A stretch of DNA of 64,000 nucleotides from an uncultured Candidatus Saccharibacteria bacterium (GTDB lineage: Bacteria; Patescibacteriota; Doudnabacteria; UBA920), in contig CAZQZS010000004.1 in assembly GCA_964597895.1 (NCBI GenBank), forward strand, positions 10,955 through 74,954, in the 5' to 3' direction. Within the stretch, counting starts at the first letter, position 1, and each line of letters opens with the position of its first letter. The notes beneath the pieces were generated by a model. That model was given only the letters and a program-made list of their open reading frames with translations, ran no database searches and was not told where the DNA came from. The translations under genes were made by a program, and so were the position numbers. Of the stretch, positions 10,128-18,472 are shown in pieces.

Positions 10128-10499
10128 TTACAATAGATGCGTACCTAGAATTTTTAAATTGCGGTTGAGTGTTCGCACCTGCGGAAACTTCTCTCGCAAC
10201 CGAGCATTAAATTCTCTGCCATGATTTTTGTAAATCAAGTGCAGGCATTCATGGTAAGCAACGTAGGCCAGATAAATTTCTGGCAGCTCTTTTAGTTTTT
10301 GATTAATGGCAATAATCCCGCGGCTACTGCAACTCCCCCATCTGCTCTTCATGGACTTGATCTTAATCTGCGAGCATTCAACGCCAAGCTCAAAACAATA
10401 ACCATGAATCAACCGATGCACATTCAAACGAAAAAGGTTTAAGGGCAATTTAAGCTTTTTTGAATCTAACGCTAAAGATGGGTTCATACTTTTGATCAT
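10128..10499 (-). CDS. DUF45/YgjP-like (M48/WLM-type) zinc metallopeptidase domain protein, C-terminal half only
   Basis: KSRWGSCSSRGIIAINQKLKELPEIYLAYVAYHECLHLIYKNHGREF carries the DUF45 RWGSC and HExxH signatures. Only 123 aa, versus about 230 aa typical. Confidence 0.6.
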   Translation of the reverse strand: MIKSMNPSLALDSKKLKLPLNLFRLNVHRLIHGYCFELGVECSQIKIKSMKSRWGSCSSRGIIAINQKLKELPEIYLAYVAYHECLHLIYKNHGREFNARLREKFPQVRTLNRNLKILGTHLL

Positions 10500-10812
10500 T
10501 TTCGTCTACAAGCTCTACGGTTTCGCCGCTCATCAGCTGGTTGATTGCCAAGTCAGACATAAGCTCGTTGTCATTCTGAATGTGCATTTTATAGGCATCC
10601 AGTTTTTGAAACTCGCTTTGCAGCTCTGCCTTGATAGCACCCTCAATCTCTTTTTTTCGGGCTTTAAGCGCATCCAGCTTTTCGATTAGTTCTTGATATT
10701 CATTATCTTGCGCCAGCATATCTTTATACTGCGCGCGGATTTCTTTTTGCTTGCGCTTGGTGTCTTTAATTCTTGCAAAGACAGTTGAAAGTTCGGACAT
10801 ATTATTTAACAA
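10450..10812 (-). CDS. hypothetical coiled-coil protein
   Basis: 120 aa, K/E-rich heptad-like sequence. Overlaps the DUF45 ORF start by 50 nt in another frame. Confidence 0.35.
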   Translation of the reverse strand: MLNNMSELSTVFARIKDTKRKQKEIRAQYKDMLAQDNEYQELIEKLDALKARKKEIEGAIKAELQSEFQKLDAYKMHIQNDNELMSDLAINQLMSGETVELVDENDQKYEPIFSVRFKKA

Positions 10813-10886
10813 GTATCCCCGGCTTGGGCCGGGGTCTAAAAATTAATTGCCTAAACATTATACCATGAGACATTCACATCAAGTCT

Positions 10887-11459
10887 CTAGGCCAGTTTCC
10901 GCAAATAATAACTCACAAAGCGAATACCTTCTCGCCTGTTAGACTCCTGGCTTGTTAAAATCGAAAAATACTTCCAAAGAAGCTCATGAAGCTCTGCTTC
11001 ATCTATAAGGATAACTGGGGCCTCATCGTGCTCCAAAAACACTTGCAAAACAAAAGTTCCGCGCAACTTTTTGGCAATAGTAGCCAAAAACTGCTCTCGA
11101 TTCTCAAGGAAAGCAATTACTTTTCGCGACAGAATTAGGTCATACTGGTCATGCTCAAACGGATAATCAGCCAGGTTTTCCAAGTCCCACTGCCGATAAC
11201 TAATCTTGGGATGGGCATTTTCTCGCTGAGCAACTTTTAAACCTTCTTGAGAATAATCAACAGCCTCAACCTCAAAGCCATTCTCCGCCAGCCAAAATGC
11301 CTGGTCGCCAGAACCGCAACCCAAATCTAGCGCCACCCCAGAAGACACTTGCGCTAGCTCCAGCAGATTATCCATCCCTTCTTGCTTGCGCCATGGAATC
11401 TGATTTGTCTTGTATGCTTCTTCCCAGCGACTATGAGGCAGCTTCATGCTTCTTATCAA
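10887..11459 (-). CDS. class I SAM-dependent methyltransferase
   Basis: Motif [28 protein letters not shown]. Confidence 0.7.
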   Translation of the reverse strand: MIRSMKLPHSRWEEAYKTNQIPWRKQEGMDNLLELAQVSSGVALDLGCGSGDQAFWLAENGFEVEAVDYSQEGLKVAQRENAHPKISYRQWDLENLADYPFEHDQYDLILSRKVIAFLENREQFLATIAKKLRGTFVLQVFLEHDEAPVILIDEAELHELLWKYFSILTSQESNRREGIRFVSYYLRKLA

Positions 11460-11847
11460 AATTTAAGGCGCAGGAATTGATGCAGTAGCGCTTGCCGCCT
11501 TTGTCCTCTGGGCCATCATCAAACACGTGCCCCAAGTGAGAACCGCAGCGCTTGCAAACAACTTCGGTACGGTGCATGCCGTAAGAATCATCGGCTCGCA
11601 ATTCCACATGCTCTAAGTTCATCGGATCAGTAAAGCTGGGCCAGCCAGTGCCGGAATCAAACTTAGTGTCCGATGAAAATAACTGCTGGCCGCAAGCCGC
11701 GCACTTGTAAACACCCGCTTCGTGATTATTGTAAAGTTCTCCGGTGAAGGCCGGCTCAGTACCGCCTTGCCGAAGCACTGCGTATTGCTCGGGAGTTAAT
11801 TCTCTTTTCCACTCCTCTTCGGTTTTTAAAATTTTATCCATATCCAT
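11431..11847 (-). CDS. msrB: peptide-methionine (R)-S-oxide reductase
   Basis: [32 protein letters not shown]; two CxxC pairs. Confidence 0.9.
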   Translation of the reverse strand: MDMDKILKTEEEWKRELTPEQYAVLRQGGTEPAFTGELYNNHEAGVYKCAACGQQLFSSDTKFDSGTGWPSFTDPMNLEHVELRADDSYGMHRTEVVCKRCGSHLGHVFDDGPEDKGGKRYCINSCALNFDKKHEAAS

Positions 11848-11850
11848 CCT

Positions 11851-11944
11851 GTCATCCCTGGCGAGTCATGCGGAGCATGACGAGTCCGGGGATCTTTCTT
11901 GTCATCCCTGGGCACTGCGGCGAAGCCAAAGTGAGCCGGGGATC
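11851..11944 (+). repeat. two tandem R-family palindromic repeats (R4 11851-11894, R5 11901-11944)
   Basis: Both begin GTCATCCCTGG and end CCGGGGATC. Internal variable hairpins differ (TCATGC-gga-GCATGA in R4; GCGAAGC-containing in R5). Confidence 0.8.
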
Positions 11945-11946
11945 TA

Positions 11947-12273
11947 TTATTTTCTTAATTCAATTAATGAAGATTCTTTGGCCCACTTCATGAGCAGATG
12001 GTTGTTCTCCAGAACTTCGGGAGGCACCTGCCAATATGACATAAAGTATTGGCGGCCATTCTTAGTATAGCTAAACTGAACGCTGCCGCGGGTAATATAA
12101 TGGCGCACGTTGCTATTATCCGTTTTAAAGTAAAGTTCGTCGCCGGCAATAATTCCAAAAATCCGGCCTTCAAAATACAAACCATACCCACCAAACATAG
12201 CCTTGGCGGTGATAGCCGGGTCGTTGCCGAACAGATCCAGCAGAACGTATTGTAAGTAGCCGGGGGTGGTCAT
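11947..12273 (-). CDS. TfoX/Sxy N-terminal-domain family protein
   Basis: AKAMFGGYGLYFEGRIFGIIAGDELYFKTD matches the TfoX_N consensus (MFGG...lY.k). Confidence 0.55.
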   Translation of the reverse strand: MTTPGYLQYVLLDLFGNDPAITAKAMFGGYGLYFEGRIFGIIAGDELYFKTDNSNVRHYITRGSVQFSYTKNGRQYFMSYWQVPPEVLENNHLLMKWAKESSLIELRK

Positions 12274-12286
12274 AGACCCTCGCTCT

Positions 12287-12823
12287 CTACTCTGGAATTA
12301 ATGATGTGAACTTCTCTTTAAACTTTTTAAGTTTAGGCGCAATCACCACCTGGCAGTAAGGCTGGCCCTGATTGCGTTCAAAATAATTTTTGTGATAATC
12401 CTCAGCTTCATAAAATTCCCCGAGCGGTTCTATAGTTGTGACAATCGGATTTAGGTAAGCTTTGGCTTCTTGTAGTTCTTTAACGATATTTTCGGCAAGT
12501 TGTTTCTGTTCGTCATTAGCGTAAAATATGGCGCTGCGGTACTGCGGCCCCACATCATTGCCCTGCCGGTTGAGAGTGGTTGGATCGTGCGTTGCAAAAA
12601 AGACTTCTAGCAAATCTCGATAAGAAATCTGTTCTGGATCAAAAGTGAACTTGATTGCTTCGGCATGACCAGTATTCCCGCCAGAGACTTGCTCGTAAGT
12701 CGGATTTTCAACATGACCGCCAGCGTAGCCAGGCACCACACTACTAACTCCGCGCAGCTTTAAAAACACTGCCTCGGTGCACCAAAAACATCCCCCTGCA
12801 AAAACAGCTGTTTGTGTGTACAT
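12287..12823 (-). CDS. msrA: peptide-methionine (S)-S-oxide reductase
   Basis: GCFWCTE active-site motif at the N-terminus; 178 aa. Confidence 0.9.
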   Translation of the reverse strand: MYTQTAVFAGGCFWCTEAVFLKLRGVSSVVPGYAGGHVENPTYEQVSGGNTGHAEAIKFTFDPEQISYRDLLEVFFATHDPTTLNRQGNDVGPQYRSAIFYANDEQKQLAENIVKELQEAKAYLNPIVTTIEPLGEFYEAEDYHKNYFERNQGQPYCQVVIAPKLKKFKEKFTSLIPE

Positions 12824-12879
12824 GAATATATTATAGCAGTCGTGTCAACTCTAGTTAACAAAAAACAGCTTGTGGCTGT

Positions 12880-13230
12880 TTAAGGATGATATGGGAGATT
12901 GATTTTCTTGGAGGCTTTGATGACCCAGTTTTCTATTCTGTGACTTCTGTGAGCGGCAACAGTGTTTTCCTGCCTCATAGATTTAAGTTCGCCATAAATG
13001 TGGTCTAAATGGTTAAACATCTTCTCTTGGCCATCTTCTAACTTGCCTAACCGCTCATCAACTCTTTCGAAGCGTTCGTCTACTTTTTCAAAGCGCTTAT
13101 CTATACTTTCAAAGCGCTGTTCTACTTTCTGGAACTGGATTGTCACAAAATCAATAAATTGATCTAACTTGGATTCTAACTTATCAATCTTTTGAGTTAT
13201 TGAAACAGGTTTTTTGAGCGCCATAATCAT
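12880..13230 (-). CDS. hypothetical coiled-coil protein with three tandem 7-aa (21-bp) repeats
   Basis: QRFESIDK/RFEKVDE/RFERVDE repeats, encoded by three imperfect 21-bp DNA repeats at about 13063-13130. Confidence 0.4.
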   Translation of the reverse strand: MIMALKKPVSITQKIDKLESKLDQFIDFVTIQFQKVEQRFESIDKRFEKVDERFERVDERLGKLEDGQEKMFNHLDHIYGELKSMRQENTVAAHRSHRIENWVIKASKKINLPYHP

Positions 13231-13314
13231 AGTGAATTAATTATACACTATTCAGTGTGGCATAGCTGGCTAAAATCCAGATAAATTTTTACCCAAATCT
13301 AAGCAAAGAAATCT

Positions 13315-13412
13315 TAAACTTCGCTACCAGAGTTTTTTGTTTCCACAAGCGAGTCGGTCACCTCAGTACACCAAAAACATCCCCCTGCAAATACTGCTGT
13401 TTGTGTGTTCAT
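13315..13412 (-). pseudogene. duplicated 5' fragment of msrA (32 codons then stop)
   Basis: Translates MNTQTAVFAGGCFWCTE..., against MYTQTAVFAGGCFWCTE at the true msrA start. About 50 bp at roughly 88% identity to 12774-12823. Confidence 0.6.
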
Positions 13413-13413
13413 A

Positions 13414-14619
13414 TTATAATATTCTTGTTAGATCTTCTAAAATAGAACTTAATACATACTCATCCTGTTTAGTTATTGATCGATTTTTTGGTACATTATA
13501 GAATTTTTTAATTTTATTTTTCAAATTGTCTGGCAAAGCTACTAAAACTTTGTTGTTCATGAGGGCATAATTAACAAATTTGTCCTTATGTTTTTCTATT
13601 GCATAGATGTTTACAAGCGGTGACAGATTACCGTATAGCCATGAATTGATTGGATTAAAAAATTCTTTAAAATAATACAGATAGGCATACTGGTAAAAAT
13701 TATCTAGCTCTACAACGATACCGTTCGGTATTACTCGATCTAAAAACGTAGTATTTTTCTTTAGAGAATTAATGTCTCGGAAAGTATAGAAATAGATTCC
13801 AATTGATGACTCAACCCCCTGAAAAGAACGAGGAGGGTACTTATTGATATAACCATCGGATGTAGTAAATTTTGAGATGTTAAATATACCTGCAGAATTA
13901 TTTACATCAAAGTTAAATGCAGTGATGTGCTCATATGACATCCCCTCATCATGCTTTTCATATAACGAAACAGAGATTGGAAAAGAAATTTTTCCAGTTC
14001 CTGGAAACACAGAGCTTGGAAATAATGTTGACTTGCGCAGGCTATAATTTTCTCTAAACTGAGACAGTCTCTTAAAATTTGCTTTCTTGATTAGATACGA
14101 GAGTGGGTGTAATATACACACCACGTTTGCATCTAATTTATTATAGGATTTAAGGAAAGAAATCCCCATATCTCTATCTATTAGGTCAGAATCAGAAACA
14201 ACCACTCCTTTTGCTCCACTCCTGAATTCTGAAGTCGTATCATTATAAGGGGGGTTTCCCACCACCACCAAGAAACTATCAGGATCAATTTGAAACTTTT
14301 TTCTCTCGACTCCAACCAAAGCATTAGTAAGGAAAATTTTTTGCGCATCAAATTTCTCTCTAAGACTCTCGGCCACAAACTCATCCATGTCTGCCAATCG
14401 GTAATCAGTACCAGCAAAAACTGTTGAGAATGCCCCCATTCCAGCAGTAGTATCAACAATTACCATATTCTCTCCATGCATAATCTTATACGGTTTAATA
14501 TACTGCGCTACAATTGCGACTAATTCATCAGGGGTATAATAACTCCCTAATTTGACCCTTTCTTCCCTACTCAGGTGTTTTGGTGTTATGTTGGCATGCT
14601 TCTTATTGATCATCCACAA
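13414..14619 (-). CDS. gamma-class N6-adenine DNA methyltransferase (TaqI/Eco57I-like; type II R-M methylase)
   Basis: Motif X GSYYTPDELVAIV, motif I VDTTAGMGAF and motif IV VVGNPPY in the gamma-class order. C-terminal roughly 270 aa is a putative TRD. DNA is about 28-30% GC. Confidence 0.85.
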   Translation of the reverse strand: MWMINKKHANITPKHLSREERVKLGSYYTPDELVAIVAQYIKPYKIMHGENMVIVDTTAGMGAFSTVFAGTDYRLADMDEFVAESLREKFDAQKIFLTNALVGVERKKFQIDPDSFLVVVGNPPYNDTTSEFRSGAKGVVVSDSDLIDRDMGISFLKSYNKLDANVVCILHPLSYLIKKANFKRLSQFRENYSLRKSTLFPSSVFPGTGKISFPISVSLYEKHDEGMSYEHITAFNFDVNNSAGIFNISKFTTSDGYINKYPPRSFQGVESSIGIYFYTFRDINSLKKNTTFLDRVIPNGIVVELDNFYQYAYLYYFKEFFNPINSWLYGNLSPLVNIYAIEKHKDKFVNYALMNNKVLVALPDNLKNKIKKFYNVPKNRSITKQDEYVLSSILEDLTRIL

Positions 14620-15358
14620 GCTGTAATAATAATTTCAGAATTTGGACTACATCATAATTATGTGCTTTTGAACACATCCCAAAAATTTTTACCAACTCTA
14701 GCAGCACGCTAATATTTGACTCATCGATAATGTAAGTTAATATATCACCTTTTTGAGAAGTTCGATTAAGTATTGCTTTAGCATTTGAAAATGATCTTAG
14801 GGGGATGCAGAAATAAACCATTGGTTGCACCCCAGTTGCGTATTGTTGCTTCTGAATCGACACTTCGATCTGCGTACCGTCAATAGTATCAACCATAAAC
14901 AAGGTGGGTAACTGAATCGCTGTTTCTTTAAACTTCACATTATTGAGTTGAATTTGATTTGGCTCTGTGACTTGTATCTTGCTAGCATCTATAAACTCTG
15001 TGTAGGAAGAAACTTCTTCTAACAATTCTTTTATATCAGATACAGAGACTAGTTTAGCCACAATAGCTTCATAAATTAGCTCTGATAACTCATAAAGGTA
15101 TTTTCGTTTTTTATTGGCTCCTATAAAAAATGAGTCCTTAAGTTTTGTAAACTTTTTACCTTTATCAATGTCATTTACAACTGCGTCATACCCAATCTGC
15201 CATTCAAGATAGACATCATCATCAAAATCCTTGGTTCGGGTAGCAAAAGAGTCGCCAAAAGTTAAATTACCTTTGCGATATTTAAATCTAAACTTACCTT
15301 TATTGGCAGCGTTAATTTCAATCTTAATTTTACTATTGTCAGTCTGATATTTCATCAC
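14603..15358 (-). CDS. putative type II restriction endonuclease (by context)
   Basis: 251-aa ORF overlapping the MTase start by 17 nt on the same strand. The same very AT-rich composition. No clear PD-(D/E)xK assignable (candidate VDTIDGTQIEVSIQK). Confidence 0.35.
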   Translation of the reverse strand: MMKYQTDNSKIKIEINAANKGKFRFKYRKGNLTFGDSFATRTKDFDDDVYLEWQIGYDAVVNDIDKGKKFTKLKDSFFIGANKKRKYLYELSELIYEAIVAKLVSVSDIKELLEEVSSYTEFIDASKIQVTEPNQIQLNNVKFKETAIQLPTLFMVDTIDGTQIEVSIQKQQYATGVQPMVYFCIPLRSFSNAKAILNRTSQKGDILTYIIDESNISVLLELVKIFGMCSKAHNYDVVQILKLLLQLVDDQ

Positions 15359-15407
15359 ATTCAGTTTATCATTTTAACCCTTATTCGTAAAACCCGCCAT
15401 GAACAAG

Positions 15408-15450
15408 CGCAAAATCAAAAACCTCGGGACACCTTAGGGTGTCTCCGAGG
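15408..15450 (-). terminator. terminator hairpin overlapping the stop of the 149-aa gene
   Basis: Imperfect 12-bp stem CCTCGGAGACACC/GGTGTCCCGAGG with the stop codon in the loop, followed on the minus strand by TTTTTGATTTTG. Confidence 0.5.
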
Positions 15451-15883
15451 CAACAAAGGTTGGTTCGTACTCTCGTTCGCGGAGAATAATCGAACCAAAA
15501 ATGTGATTATTTTGCGGGTGAGTCTGGAGAAGTAATTCCAAATCGGCACGATGCTCTTGTAGAAAATGATTCCGTAATTCGTGCCATTCGATCTGAAACT
15601 TATCTACCAGCGCTCCTTCAAACAGATGCGCAACGCTTTCATATTCATCAACTACCGCCGGGAATATCCGGATATACTCCGGTACAACCGTTGATTGCGG
15701 TTTTAAGCTTAAATGCAGGAACGATGGGATTTCAAATTTGTGAATTTTGTCAAAAACAATTTCCACTTCTTCAAAATACACAACCGTCTGCAGAGCAATC
15801 ATGTCATCAAGAATTTTAGTCTTTCTTGAATCCACATTCATGCTACAACTCAGATGATAATCTGAATAACCGTTTCTTAACAT
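15434..15883 (-). CDS. hypothetical protein, first gene of the AT-rich R-M island
   Basis: 149 aa, no recognisable domain. Own SD (AGGAGG) and promoter/operator upstream. Own terminator downstream. Confidence 0.4.
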   Translation of the reverse strand: MLRNGYSDYHLSCSMNVDSRKTKILDDMIALQTVVYFEEVEIVFDKIHKFEIPSFLHLSLKPQSTVVPEYIRIFPAVVDEYESVAHLFEGALVDKFQIEWHELRNHFLQEHRADLELLLQTHPQNNHIFGSIILREREYEPTFVASETP

Positions 15884-15893
15884 ATATCCTCCT

Positions 15894-15939
15894 GTCTACG
15901 TAGACTAGCTATCTTAGCGCAGTTGTTTAACTTATTCAA
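15894..15939 (-). promoter_or_regulatory. promoter (-35 TTGAAT, 17 nt, -10 TAAGAT) with 12-bp perfect palindrome GTCTACGTAGAC between -10 and SD
   Basis: Read on the minus strand upstream of the 149-aa gene. The palindrome at 15894-15905 is operator-like. Confidence 0.4.
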
Positions 15940-16237
15940 CCTCGCCACCAACTTGAATCCAGTCCAGCAAGCCGCCTAGGTTATAAACTTCTTTAAATCC
16001 TTTATTTTCCATTACCAATTTAGACCGGCCAGCGCGGCCGCCGCTCACACAGTATAAATACACGGGCTTGTCCTTGTCTAAATCAGGAACCTGGCCAGAT
16101 TCAATTAATCGGCTATCAAAATTTATCGCACCCTGGGCATGTTCAGTCTCATACTCTTCGGGGGTACGAACATCAACTAAATTTGCTCCGCCGGCCTTAA
16201 CCTGCCTAACTGCTTCCTTGATTTCATTTGGTGTCAT
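15932..16237 (-). CDS. rhodanese-domain sulfurtransferase (single domain)
   Basis: Active-site loop YLYCVSGGRAGRS. Start moved to MTPNEIKEAV because the longer N-terminal extension overlaps the upstream gene's terminator hairpin. Confidence 0.8.
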   Translation of the reverse strand: MTPNEIKEAVRQVKAGGANLVDVRTPEEYETEHAQGAINFDSRLIESGQVPDLDKDKPVYLYCVSGGRAGRSKLVMENKGFKEVYNLGGLLDWIQVGGEVE

Positions 16238-16249
16238 AACTTGAGTATA

Positions 16250-16280
16250 CCAAAAACCCGCCCAAGTCACCCAAGGCGGG
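16250..16280 (-). terminator. rho-independent terminator after 175-aa gene
   Basis: CCCGCC-(12 nt)-GGCGGG hairpin followed by a T-run on the minus strand. Confidence 0.5.
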
Positions 16281-16289
16281 TTCTGAATT

Positions 16290-16817
16290 CTAGTTGTACC
16301 AATCCCAGGGATTGATGTTGGTTACAGTCTTGCCTTCGGCAACTGTTACCACGATTGGAGTGGTGTCTTTACAGTCAACCGACAGTCCGCACTTTACGAA
16401 CTCATTATAGTAAGCCCGTTTGACGTTTGGGTCTTTAGGGTTCTCTGCCAAAGTTGCAAACACACGGTACTGGCCGGTGGGTACGGTGATTTCGTAGCCC
16501 TTGCCGTAAGTATACTGATTGCCGGTCAGCTGAGCATCGGTACAGTAAAGTTCCGACATATCAACTGCTTCGGCGCAAACCTGCATGTTGGCAGGAATGC
16601 CCTCGGACGGGTAGCTCAGCGAGCCAGCGATGCGGCCCACAGGAGCTTCATCTTCGGTTGGCTGAGTAACTTCGCCGTCCTGATCCTGAGGCTGCTGCGA
16701 TTGCTGGCCATTCTGTACTTCTGATTCTGAAGCATTCTGATTTGAATTGCTCCAGAACAGGTAGCCTGCCGCAACTGCCAACACCACGATAATCGCGATG
16801 AGTGTTTTATTGTTCAT
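16290..16817 (-). CDS. hypothetical secreted protein
   Basis: Signal anchor MNNKTLIAIIVVLAVAAGYLFW, then a Q/E-rich linker and a Cys-containing globular part. Confidence 0.5.
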   Translation of the reverse strand: MNNKTLIAIIVVLAVAAGYLFWSNSNQNASESEVQNGQQSQQPQDQDGEVTQPTEDEAPVGRIAGSLSYPSEGIPANMQVCAEAVDMSELYCTDAQLTGNQYTYGKGYEITVPTGQYRVFATLAENPKDPNVKRAYYNEFVKCGLSVDCKDTTPIVVTVAEGKTVTNINPWDWYN

Positions 16818-16843
16818 GGGAATTAATTAATGAGTGAGTCAAA

Positions 16844-18469
16844 CTACCCGCGAGGAAAAGGAAGAATATTTACTTCGCTAGGCTCGCTCGATACTGGCGT
16901 GTCACCGATGCCGCCATCAGGTTCTACAGGCATTGGCTCTTCGGATGGTTCAACCACTGGCTGATCCAAAGGAATTGGTTGGCCGCCGCGGTTTTCGTTA
17001 TCTAAGATGTCTTTTACCAAAGGTACCACCACATTCTTGCGCCACATCATTTCTTCGGGCGGATCTTGAATTGGGAACACCAAAGAAGGAACATAGAGCT
17101 CTTCGCCTGGCTTGCCAGGGTCAGCCGAATACCACATGCGAACAAGCTGCACGCTTGGAGCACCAAGCTCTACTGTGCGAGTGTCGCCGTCATCGCTGCC
17201 GCCCCAGAACCAGCCGTTATTGTAGCCGCCGCGCTCAAGGATTTCGCTGATACGCTTGGTGTCGGTTTCGCCGACATAAGACGACTTCTGGAACTGCTTG
17301 CTGTCTAAGCCGTAAAGATTGTTGACTTTGCGGGTACGGACATCAATATTGATGATCATACCGGTTGGGTTACCGCCTTCATCGTAAACTGTTTGCCCTT
17401 CCAAAGTTAGCGGATACATAACCATGACCCCCTCTGGGAAGTAGAAACGGTCTTTGTCTTCGGAGCGCTCATAAGCTGCAATCCAAGAGTATTGCTCATA
17501 AAGGAATGGTGAGCCATAGCCTTCAAGTGAAATGCCGTAATCGCTGATAAACTGGTTGGCGATTGAGACTGCTTCGGCTTCGCCAGGCATATCATCTTTG
17601 GTGATGCGAGGCACTGCTCCACAGTAGTTGTTATCACAGACATACTGAGGCTGCGGCCATCTTTCCCAATTTTGATAGAGGCTGACATTGCCGTAATTCA
17701 AATCAACGTTTACGCCCAAACCGTATTCCTTATCTTCCATAAACGAGAAACTTTGAATGCGGGTATCGGTAAACTTGGACAGATCAATTAAACCGAAACT
17801 AAAGAAGCTGATGATTCTGCTTACCAAGCTTGGGTTCTGCTCTGGCTTAATGCGCTTGAGCACATCTTGGTTAGCCGCCAAAGCTGGCAGTTCGCCCTCG
17901 TACTCAAATTTATAATTAGTGCCAGGAACGGGAAGAATGCTGGCATCGCCGCCACCACCGCTGCCTGGGGCGATCATTTTTTGGTCTTCTGCCAAGGCTG
18001 CGTCACCGCCGGCGCCAAGACCGAAGGCGGCATTGCCGCCGCCGCTCTGAGAGCGTTCGCCATTAGTATTGATGGCTACTTTGCTGAGGTCGCCAAACGA
18101 ATTGGCTGCCACAGGATCAACTGAGTACTCGCCGGACAACAATTGATTGTTTCCGCCGATGTTAATCAGTCCTGGGTTTTGATTGGTGTACCAGACACCG
18201 CCAGCGATCAACAGTACTACGACTGCGAAAGCTGGAATCATAAGTTTGTTCATAAACTTAGAAAAGATATTAATGGTTGAATCTGAATGGGACACTTGCT
18301 GTCCCGCGATTTTTTGCTGCAGCTGCTGGCGCAAACGCAGTTTAAAATGTTCGTCAATCTCGGCTTTTGGGCGTTCGGCAATCACTCGCTCTACTAGCTT
18401 TTGCAGCTGAGCATCATGCGGATCTAAGCCGAGCTCCAGAAGGATAGATTGTAATTCTTGTTGGTTCAT
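16844..18469 (-). CDS. putative anti-sigma factor / sigma-factor-coupled membrane protein
   Basis: Stop-start junction 4 nt from the ECF sigma gene. Short cytoplasmic N-terminus, one TM (IPAFAVVVLLIAGGVWY), about 430-aa extracytoplasmic domain. Confidence 0.45.
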   Translation of the reverse strand: MNQQELQSILLELGLDPHDAQLQKLVERVIAERPKAEIDEHFKLRLRQQLQQKIAGQQVSHSDSTINIFSKFMNKLMIPAFAVVVLLIAGGVWYTNQNPGLINIGGNNQLLSGEYSVDPVAANSFGDLSKVAINTNGERSQSGGGNAAFGLGAGGDAALAEDQKMIAPGSGGGGDASILPVPGTNYKFEYEGELPALAANQDVLKRIKPEQNPSLVSRIISFFSFGLIDLSKFTDTRIQSFSFMEDKEYGLGVNVDLNYGNVSLYQNWERWPQPQYVCDNNYCGAVPRITKDDMPGEAEAVSIANQFISDYGISLEGYGSPFLYEQYSWIAAYERSEDKDRFYFPEGVMVMYPLTLEGQTVYDEGGNPTGMIINIDVRTRKVNNLYGLDSKQFQKSSYVGETDTKRISEILERGGYNNGWFWGGSDDGDTRTVELGAPSVQLVRMWYSADPGKPGEELYVPSLVFPIQDPPEEMMWRKNVVVPLVKDILDNENRGGQPIPLDQPVVEPSEEPMPVEPDGGIGDTPVSSEPSEVNILPFPRG

Positions 18470-18472
18470 CGG

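Noticed and set aside
10822-10846. ATCCCCGGCTTGGGCCGGGGTC palindrome as a full R-family copy.
   Set aside because: Only the GGATCCCCGG-like half is present. It is treated as a possible remnant or an ordinary terminator-like hairpin.
14181-14459. 92-aa ORF nested inside the DNA methyltransferase gene (same strand, other frame), and several similar 60-120-aa nested ORFs throughout the window (e.g. 3735-4088, 17066-17308, 28737-28919).
   Set aside because: They are fully contained in well-supported longer genes, with no independent start signals or domains.
16238-16270. Longer N-terminal extension of rhodanese (MTWAGFWYTQV...).
   Set aside because: The extension overlaps the terminator hairpin of the upstream gene. 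The domain alignment begins at the internal Met.
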